A stretch of DNA of 64,000 nt, taken from Nitrosopumilus sp. GTDB taxonomy: Archaea > Thermoproteota > Nitrososphaeria > Nitrososphaerales > Nitrosopumilaceae. The position numbers and the translations under genes were made by a program. The notes under the pieces were generated by a model, which was given only the letters and a program-made list of their open reading frames with translations, ran no database searches and was not told the origin of the DNA. This document shows positions 53,366 to 61,900 of the stretch, in pieces (position 1 is the stretch's first letter; the number at the start of each line of letters is the position of its first letter). Where the stretch lies: assembly GCA_965197525.1 (NCBI GenBank), contig OZ240211.1:384001-448000 (forward strand). The letters run 5' to 3'.

Positions 53366-54652
53366 ATGGTATTTGGGTGGGGTAAAAAAAAGCAAGAAAA
53401 CCCAATGTTTGTAGAAGAAGAGCTGCCAAAAGTCAAAGAGATCACACTAGACAACATACCAGATATCGTATCAGAGGTAGAAGAACTGCGTAAGACACAG
53501 ACGCTATCTGATGTCAACACTCTAAGAAACAACACCAACCCACTAATTGATGACCTAATAAAGATAGGCAACCTCTTAGAAAAAGATGACTTGGACGTCG
53601 ATGATATTGACAGACATCTTGCAATAATCGTAGTTAGAGGAAAAAAACAGGTAATTGACATCATCAAAAAAGGCGTGGTGCCACTGCCAAAAATATCAAC
53701 ACTTGATGATGCCAAAAAACTAGATCATCTGTTAAATCAGATTCTTAAAAAAGTAGGCGACATACTAGGAAGACAGACAAGAGTGATACACATATTTGCA
53801 AAAAAATATGCAAACCAACTAAAAGATAATCTAGAGGTTATGCAGACAAATCATAAAGAGATTAACAAATTATTAAAGAATTTTGAAGCTACAAAACTAT
53901 TGGCAAAAGACATACGTGATACGATAACTCAAATAAACGATCTGACCAATACACATAAAGAAAAATCTCAAAAAATTATAAATGCAGGCACGAATATAAA
54001 ATCAATAAAAGAAGATTTAGCAAACGTACAGAGTTCTATCGAGAAAATATATTCATCAGACCAGTACAAGAAATATCAGGATTTAAAGGATACAATAGAT
54101 GCATATAGTAAACAAAAAAGAATTCTGCGAGAGATGATCAACTCTCAATTTACAAAGATATCACGCCCATTGAGCAGGTATCAGTATGGATCAGCATTGG
54201 AAAAGGAACAAAAACAGTTGTTAACAGAACTAACAGTAGATCCATTTGATGTAATGACAGTGCAAGACAAAGACATGATAGTTACAATACTAGAAAATAT
54301 TCAAAAAGGGGTAAAGTCGGGTTCCATATCTGTAAAAGATGCAGACAAGACGCAGCTCCAAATAACAGAGACAAAAGAGAGCATAGACGGATTCGTACAG
54401 CAGGTATCAGGATACCACAAGAGATACTCAGAGCTGCAAGAACAACTCGATGCGCTACAACCTAAAAACTTGGATTCTCTAAAAAAAGAGATTGCAAGAA
54501 TCACCTCGTTGCAAGAACAGACAATACTCAAATCCAAGGTATTACAAGAGGAGATATCAGAGATTGACTCTAACATTCCAAAACTCGTAGCACGGATAGA
54601 AAAGAAGACAAGAGAGTTGTCAAATGTCAGATATAAAATAACAATAAATTAA
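53366..54652 (+). CDS. Conserved thaumarchaeal coiled-coil protein (often labelled SbcC-like)
   Basis: 428 aa, heptad-rich, no Walker motif seen. Confidence 0.7.
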   Translation: MVFGWGKKKQENPMFVEEELPKVKEITLDNIPDIVSEVEELRKTQTLSDVNTLRNNTNPLIDDLIKIGNLLEKDDLDVDDIDRHLAIIVVRGKKQVIDIIKKGVVPLPKISTLDDAKKLDHLLNQILKKVGDILGRQTRVIHIFAKKYANQLKDNLEVMQTNHKEINKLLKNFEATKLLAKDIRDTITQINDLTNTHKEKSQKIINAGTNIKSIKEDLANVQSSIEKIYSSDQYKKYQDLKDTIDAYSKQKRILREMINSQFTKISRPLSRYQYGSALEKEQKQLLTELTVDPFDVMTVQDKDMIVTILENIQKGVKSGSISVKDADKTQLQITETKESIDGFVQQVSGYHKRYSELQEQLDALQPKNLDSLKKEIARITSLQEQTILKSKVLQEEISEIDSNIPKLVARIEKKTRELSNVRYKITIN

Positions 54653-54677
54653 ATTACTTTTGAGGGTACATTCAGAT

Positions 54678-55082
54678 ATGTTATTTAAAAAGAGAGAGTT
54701 CAAGCGCGAGGTACATCTAGAGAAGGACGTAGCAGATAGCATATTATCGTTTTGTAAGATAAAGCATCCAAATGAAGGAGTTTTGATACTAAAGGGCAAG
54801 TCAAAATATGGCAAGATACTAGTGAATGGACTAGTGATACCCCCATTTAGCGAGACAGGCCCCACATTTGCAGGATTCCCCCACTCGTTTCTTCCGTTTG
54901 ATATGAGCTATGTGGGGATGGTCCACTCTCATCCTAGCGGTTCAGCAGAACCGTCTGTAACTGACTTGCATAACTTTTTTGGACTAGTCTCAGTAATAGT
55001 AAGATCACCTTACAACGATGACTCAATATTTGCGTGGGATAGTGGTGGAAATTCCATACCACTATCAATCAAAGACAAATAA
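54678..55082 (+). CDS. JAB/MPN (Mov34) domain metalloprotease
   Basis: HPNEGVLIL and GMVHSHPSGSAEPSVTD (HxHx7Sx2D) motifs. Confidence 0.85.
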   Translation: MLFKKREFKREVHLEKDVADSILSFCKIKHPNEGVLILKGKSKYGKILVNGLVIPPFSETGPTFAGFPHSFLPFDMSYVGMVHSHPSGSAEPSVTDLHNFFGLVSVIVRSPYNDDSIFAWDSGGNSIPLSIKDK

Positions 55083-55126
55083 AACTGAATAAACTTTATA
55101 TTCTTTTTGAAGTTATATGAAACAAG

Positions 55127-55471
55127 TTGTTTAGCTATAAAACATATCTACTGTTCTTATTTGCATCTCTAGCTATAAGCATTGGTCTACAGATAATACT
55201 GCCATTCCCATGGGGTCTAGTAATAGCATTAGGGTTATTTATCGCATTTCCACTATTCCTAAGAAAACGATACATGAGCAGGATGCGAGGTTACGGAGGA
55301 AGTAGCTCTACTGGTAACAATGGCAGTGGCAGCGGCGGAGGAGGTTTCTTTGGCCTAGGTTCACAAGGCGGTGCAGGAAATGTAAAATATATCTGTCTTG
55401 TATGCAACAATAAACACAAAGGCGGTACATGTCCCCGCTGTGGTTCAAAGATGCAAAGAGCCGACTTTTAA
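55127..55471 (+). CDS. Membrane protein with C-terminal Zn ribbon
   Basis: Two TM helices, a Gly/Ser linker and CLVC...CPRCGS. Confidence 0.7.
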   Translation: MFSYKTYLLFLFASLAISIGLQIILPFPWGLVIALGLFIAFPLFLRKRYMSRMRGYGGSSSTGNNGSGSGGGGFFGLGSQGGAGNVKYICLVCNNKHKGGTCPRCGSKMQRADF

Positions 55472-55486
55472 TAAATGTGAATAACA

Positions 55487-55801
55487 ATGTCCTTGGATGA
55501 AATTCGTAAAAAGGTGATATTTCACAATTCGATAGATGTATGGATTTCAACATGTTTTGAGAGAGGCACAGATTGGAGAGATCCTCAAGATTATAAGAGA
55601 TTCATTGCGTATCTCTTGGAGAACAATCTAAATCTAAAGGCATTTAATCTATGTGCGCATGAGGCAGGAGCAACTGAGGATGAGAAGACACGGTTCGTAG
55701 ATCAGTTGGCTCTAACAAAACAAGAGGACCCAAACTCTTTAACATATACAATAAAGCTAAACGATGCTGCTTTGAGTATTATTCGCAGTTATAAGACATA
55801 G
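55487..55801 (+). CDS. Conserved thaumarchaeal hypothetical protein
   Basis: 104-aa ORF with normal codon bias. Confidence 0.7.
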   Translation: MSLDEIRKKVIFHNSIDVWISTCFERGTDWRDPQDYKRFIAYLLENNLNLKAFNLCAHEAGATEDEKTRFVDQLALTKQEDPNSLTYTIKLNDAALSIIRSYKT

Positions 55802-57214
55802 TCATCGTTTTAGTTTTGGATTAACTATTGAATCAAGTGCGTTTCCTATAAAGACAAAAGCCAGTCCGGTTATCGCAATCATCACTCCGGGAGGTACAAT
55901 CCACCACCACAATCCACGTGCCGCTGCACCAAAAGTGTTGGCATCATGCAGTATTTGGCCCCAAGTTGGAAACGAAGGATCACCCAAGCCTAAAAAGCTA
56001 AGACCAGCTTCGGTGGTAATGGCTGCAGGCACAGAGATTGCAATGCTTGCAAAAGCATATGGCAATAGTTGTGGTACAATGTGTCGCAGTATAATCTTGG
56101 AATCTTTTTGACCCATCATGGTTGCAGCATCCACATAACCATGAGTCTTGATTTGAAGAGATATGCTTCTTGCCACCTTTGCTATTCCTACCCATCCAAA
56201 GATCATCAAAAATCCCACCATCAAGAAGATACTATTACTTATTGTAACTGAGAGTATTATCAAGAATGGTAATGCAGGTAACGCATAAATGACGTCATTG
56301 AACCGCATCATCATCTCGTCAACGGTTTTACCCTTGTATCCAGCATACACACCGTAAAGTAACCCCATGATTACTGATGCTATTGATACCACAAGTCCGA
56401 TAAATAATGCCAGTGGTGTTCCCCAAAGTAATCCTATGGCCAAGTCTCGACGTAGTTCATCTGTACCCATAACACCAAATGCCTTACCACCTATGATTAG
56501 TTCAGATTCAGTTATGGCGTCATCAGGATTTATACTAAACAGATTTACATAAAATGTATAGTCGCCTTTAAGGGATGTATTGTGCACAGTATCAGAGAAT
56601 ATGATATCCTCAACTGACAATTGATCAAGTGAAAACCCAAAGTTTTGTGATTGTAGTGACAGATTTTTCTTTATTGCAGCATCAGTTGAAAACACTCTCT
56701 CATCATGGATAGTTTCCGTATCAGAATACGGAAGAGATGTAGATATTAAGTCAAGGGTTATGCCGTCTGGTCGCATAACTGACATTTGCAGAAGAGGAGA
56801 ACCAGAATACATAGATGAGAATTCATAGATAAAGTCATTTGGAAAGTCGTCATAGTCAAAATTCACCCCAAACCGGTGAGACGTGAGTGTAATCTCTTGC
56901 TGCGATACGACCTCAATGTTAGGTTGAGTTAAAATCGTGTGCTCAGGTATCTTGTCTGTCAAAAATATGTTGACCCACACAGGAATTGCAGTCTTGGGAT
57001 TGGCAATCCAGCTCTCAGGATTATTCCACTCTTGGAGTGTATGAATCGGAATCGTAACAAGAGCAATTACAGATACCGCAATCAAAATCATAAGAATTGT
57101 AATTCCCGCAATCCCCATCTTGCTTTTGAGAAACTCTTGCTTGATCTCGTTTGTAGTTATATTGCCACCACTGTTACTACTGCTGATACTGCCACCGGTA
57201 CTACTAGCACTCAT
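55802..57214 (-). CDS. Peptide/nickel ABC transporter permease (DppC/OppC-like)
   Basis: MGTDELRRD, YVDAATMMG..IILRHIVPQ (EAA loop) and LSFLGLG..PTWG motifs. Confidence 0.88.
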   Translation of the reverse strand: MSASSTGGSISSSNSGGNITTNEIKQEFLKSKMGIAGITILMILIAVSVIALVTIPIHTLQEWNNPESWIANPKTAIPVWVNIFLTDKIPEHTILTQPNIEVVSQQEITLTSHRFGVNFDYDDFPNDFIYEFSSMYSGSPLLQMSVMRPDGITLDLISTSLPYSDTETIHDERVFSTDAAIKKNLSLQSQNFGFSLDQLSVEDIIFSDTVHNTSLKGDYTFYVNLFSINPDDAITESELIIGGKAFGVMGTDELRRDLAIGLLWGTPLALFIGLVVSIASVIMGLLYGVYAGYKGKTVDEMMMRFNDVIYALPALPFLIILSVTISNSIFLMVGFLMIFGWVGIAKVARSISLQIKTHGYVDAATMMGQKDSKIILRHIVPQLLPYAFASIAISVPAAITTEAGLSFLGLGDPSFPTWGQILHDANTFGAAARGLWWWIVPPGVMIAITGLAFVFIGNALDSIVNPKLKR

Positions 57215-58266
57215 TGTCCTCGCCTAACTCTTGGATCAAAATAACCATAAAGTAGATCTGCGATAAATATACTGATCAAAAAGAACACAGTAAGTATGTA
57301 TGTAGCACCAATAATTACAGGAAGATCCATGACAGTTATTGCTTCAAAGTATAATCTGCCCATCCCAGGCCAGTCAAATACTGCCTCTGTGATTATGGCA
57401 CCGCCCAGAGAACCTGACAAACTGAGTGCCAGAATTGTAACGATTGGAGGAGCTGCATTTCTTAAAGCATGTCTGTAAATTATATTCTTGGGTTTAATTC
57501 CAATTGTTTTTTTTGCCATAATGAAATCTTCTTGCATAACGCCTACCATGAAATTGCGTACAAGATATGCCCATGCACCAAAACCGATCATTACAATTGT
57601 AATCAACGGTAAGGCCATGTGATATAGCAAAGAGCCAATGTATCCAGGATCAGATATTGGAATGTCAGGTGTTGCCCGTGCCGGAAATATTTGATATGTA
57701 AATGCAAACAAGAATATCATCAGCATGCCAATCCACCATACAGGAAAACTGGAACTGATAACTGCAAAACTTGATGTGATCCTATCAATCAATGAGCCGA
57801 CCTTGCTACTTGATAATGCTCCTAGAAATATCCCAATTACAGATATTATAATGGTTGCAGTGGTAAATAGCAATATGGTTCGTGGAAGTTTCTCAAAGAG
57901 TATGTCTTGTACGTTAGAGGATCCCTCATCACTTGTAAGGAACGTCGCATGTCCGAAATCTAATAACATGATCTTGTACATGGTGACACCTATTCTTTGA
58001 GGAGAGTACCACGGTTCATCCAATCCCAGAATTTGAATTCTAGTATCTATCTGAGCCTGAATATATTCCTCAAACTCTTCAACTGAAGAAAAACTCTCAG
58101 CTATAGCAGGATTATCAGTTACTTCTGTCCTCACTTGAAATGCAACACCCTGCTTTAAGATAGTATCCATATTAGAGCCTACAAGGGATATAGTTAGCAA
58201 TAATGTTATAATTAGAACACCGAACATAGTGGCAGCGCGTGTGGCAATGTATTTTTTGATACCCAA
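57211..58266 (-). CDS. Peptide/nickel ABC transporter permease (DppB/OppB-like)
   Basis: LDFG, LPRTILL, AKKTIG..HALRNA and ITEAVFDWPGMG motifs. Confidence 0.88.
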   Translation of the reverse strand: MGIKKYIATRAATMFGVLIITLLLTISLVGSNMDTILKQGVAFQVRTEVTDNPAIAESFSSVEEFEEYIQAQIDTRIQILGLDEPWYSPQRIGVTMYKIMLLDFGHATFLTSDEGSSNVQDILFEKLPRTILLFTTATIIISVIGIFLGALSSSKVGSLIDRITSSFAVISSSFPVWWIGMLMIFLFAFTYQIFPARATPDIPISDPGYIGSLLYHMALPLITIVMIGFGAWAYLVRNFMVGVMQEDFIMAKKTIGIKPKNIIYRHALRNAAPPIVTILALSLSGSLGGAIITEAVFDWPGMGRLYFEAITVMDLPVIIGATYILTVFFLISIFIADLLYGYFDPRVRRGQ

Positions 58267-58372
58267 TAACCTATGACGATGTAATCGGGTTTATAATAAT
58301 AGCCATAGCCAATGATTAGCGTTATTTCCCATAGTTTAATTACTGTAAAAAAACACCATGTGTTAGAAAGAC

Positions 58373-58714
58373 ATGTCATTTGATAGGGAAAGAGAAATGT
58401 TTGATGCGAAATGTGGAGATTGTGGAAACGATTGTCAGATACCATTCCAGCCCAAAGAGGACAGACCTGTTTATTGCAGGGAGTGCTTCCAAAATCATAG
58501 GCCTGCACCAAGATCAGGAGGCGGTAGATTTGGGAGACAGGGAGGCTATGGTGGCGACAGAGGTTCGAGATTTGGGAGACGAGATCGCAGACCGCGTGAA
58601 ATGTTTGATGCGAAATGTGGAGATTGTGGAAACGATTGTCAGATACCATTCCAGCCCAAAGAGGACAGACCTGTTTATTGCAGGGAGTGCTTCCAAAACC
58701 ACAAACAGTATTGA
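58373..58714 (+). CDS. Tandem CxxC-x17-CxxC Zn-ribbon protein with Arg/Gly-rich linker
   Basis: Two copies of EMFDAKCGDCGNDCQIPFQPKEDRPVYCRECFQNH separated by RGG-like sequence. Confidence 0.85.
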   Translation: MSFDREREMFDAKCGDCGNDCQIPFQPKEDRPVYCRECFQNHRPAPRSGGGRFGRQGGYGGDRGSRFGRRDRRPREMFDAKCGDCGNDCQIPFQPKEDRPVYCRECFQNHKQY

Positions 58715-58917
58715 TGAATAGTTTTCAGGAATTATTAAAATTCTCCAATATTATATTTTAAACCAGATTTACAAAAAATCATCTACATATCATGTATATT
58801 TGAATAGGAAATACAGCTCGTTTAGGATCAGGTACTTGACATATTATTATATGGCATTTGCAGGAATAGCGTACATCATCTCCTAGTGTAATAAAACATT
58901 ACATCATCTATGTATTG

Positions 58918-61900
58918 CTATGTGTTGTCAGTATTGACAGTATACGTATGGTCTACTCCAGTGGTGGCAGTATCAGTTAGAGGATTATCTGCAGAATCCT
59001 CGATGCCGTGGTTTTGTACAAGATCAAGGTTGTATGTCCCGTCACTTGATGCAGAGACTGTCACAAAGTACTGGCTGCCAGAACCGGATATGGAGGTTAC
59101 AGGACTGGGAACATCGGTGGTATCACCATAATTAATTGTGAGTGTCCAGCTGTTCAGAACGCCATAATCTTCATAGAGATAGTTATCGTTGATCTTCAGC
59201 GTCCATGTTCCCGATATTGAGGTGCCGTTAAAATTTGGTGTGTATGTAGCTACTATGTCGTCTGAACTACCACCTGAACGGTTGTGTAACGTTTTGGTTG
59301 TACCGTCGGGGGCAACCAAATCTACCTTTAGATCACCAATGTATGTATGAGTAATGTTTAGGTTAACTGAAACTGATGTAACATTTCCAGAATTAGACAC
59401 TGCTATAGTATCAATAATGTCTTGATTACCTGCTATGATAGTTGATGGTGATTCGGTCTGAGTGAACTGGCCAGTACCAGTACCCGGGTCAGAGCCACCC
59501 GTGCTATCAGAAGACAGGACAAAGTCAGACTGGGTTACACCGGTCACTGCCTCACTAAAGGTTACCTCGTAGACTAGTGTCTGGCTGTCAGTAGTTGCAG
59601 CAACAGGATTGTATCTCTCAATTGATGTGAGTGTTGGTGCTGTGGTATCAGCAGGTACCGTGTTGACAGTATATGTCTGGTCTACTCCAGTGGTGGCAGT
59701 ATCAGTTAGAGGATTATCTGCAGAATCCTCGATGCCGTGGTTTTGTACAAGATCAAGGTTGTATGTCCCGTCACTTGATGCAGAGACCGTCACAAAGTAC
59801 TGGCTGCCAGAACCGGATATGGAGGTTACAGGATTAGCAGCACCCGTGCTATCAGAAGACAGGACAAATTCAGACTGGGTTACACCGGTCACTGCCTCAC
59901 TAAAGGTTACCTCGTAGACTAGTGTCTGGCTGTCAGTAGTTGCAGCAACAGGATTGTATCTCTCAATTGATGTGAGTGTTGGTGCTGTGGTATCAGCAGG
60001 TACCGTGTTGACCGTGTAGGTGTGGTCTACTCCAGTGGTGGCAGTATCAGTTAGAGGATTATCTGCAGAATCCTCGATGCCGTGGTTTTGTACAAGATCA
60101 AGGTTGTATGTCCCGTCACTTGATGCAGAGACCGTCACAAAGTACTGGCTGCCAGAACCGGATATGGAGGTTACAGGATTAGCAGCACCCGTGCTATCAG
60201 AAGACAGGACAAAGTCAGACTGGGTTACACCGGTCACTGCCTCACTAAAGGTTACCTCGTAGACTAGTGTCTGGCTGTCAGTAGTTGCAGCAACAGGATT
60301 GTATCTCTCAATTGATGTGAGTGTTGGTGCTGTGGTATCAGCAGGTACCGTGTTGACAGTATATGTCTGGTCTACTCCAGTGGTGGCAGTATCAGTTAGA
60401 GGATTATCTGCAGAATCCTCGATGCCGTGGTTTTGTACAAGATCAAGGTTGTATGTCCCGTCACTTGATGCAGAGACTGTCACAAAGTACTGGCTGCCAG
60501 AACCGGATATGGAGGTTACAGGACTGGGAACATCGGTGGTATCACCATAATTAATTGTGAGTGTCCAGCTGTTCAGAACGCCGTCATCTGCAGATGGAAA
60601 ATTGTCGTTGATCTTCAGCGTCCATGTTCCCGATATTGAGGTGCCGTTAAAATTTGGTGTGTATGTAGCAACTATGTCGTCTGAACTACCACCTGAACTG
60701 TTGTGTAACGTTTTGGTTGTACCGTCGGGGGCAACCAAATCTACCTTTAGATCACCAATGTATGTATGAGTAATGTTTAGGTTAACTGAAACTGATGTAA
60801 CATTTCCAGAATTAGACACTGCTATAGTATCAATAATGTCTTGATTACCTGCTATGATAGTTGATGGTGATTCGGTCTGAGTGAACTGGCCAGTACCAGT
60901 ACCCGGGTCAGAGCCACCCGTGCTATCAGAAGACAGGACAAAGTCAGACTGGGTTACACCGGTCACTGCCTCACTAAAGGTTACCTCGTAGACTAGTGTC
61001 TGGCTGTCAGTAGTTGCAGCAACAGGATTGTATCTCTCAATTGATGTGAGTGTTGGTGCTGTGGTATCAGCAGGTACCGTGTTGACAGTATATGTCTGGT
61101 CTACTCCAGTGGTGGCAGTATCAGTTAGAGGATTATCTGCAGAATCCTCGATGCCGTGGTTTTGTACAAGATCAAGGTTGTATGTCCCGTCACTTGATGC
61201 AGAGACCGTCACAAAGTACTGGCTGCCAGAACCGGATATGGAGGTTACAGGACTGGGAACATCGGTGGTATCACCATAATTAATTGTGAGTGTCCAGCTG
61301 TTCAGAACGCCGTCATCTGCAGATGGAAAATTGTCGTTGATCTTCAGCGTCCATGTTCCCGATATTGAGGTGCCGTTAAAATTTGGTGTGTATGTAGCAA
61401 CTATGTCGTCTGAACTACCACCTGAACTGTTGTGTAACGTTTTGGTTGTACCGTCGGGGGCAACCAAATCTACCTTTAGATCACCAATGTATGTATGAGT
61501 AATGTTTAGGTTAACTGAAACTGATGTAACATTTCCAGAATTAGACACTGCTATAGTATCAATAATGTCTTGATTACCTGCTATGATAGTTGATGGTGAT
61601 TCGGTCTGAGTGAACTGGCCAGTACCAGTACCCGGGTCAGAGCCACCCGTGCTATCAGAAGACAGGACAAAGTCAGACTGGGTTACACCGGTCACTGCCT
61701 CACTAAAGGTTACCTCGTAGACTAGTGTCTGGCTGTCAGTAGTTGCAGCAGCAGCAGGATTGTATCTCTCAATTGATGTGAGTGTTGGTGCTGTGGTATC
61801 AGCAGGTACCGTGTTGACAGTATATGTCTGGTCTACTCCAGTGGTGGCAGTATCAGTTAGAGGATTATCTGCAGAATCCTCGATGCCGTGGTTTTGTACA

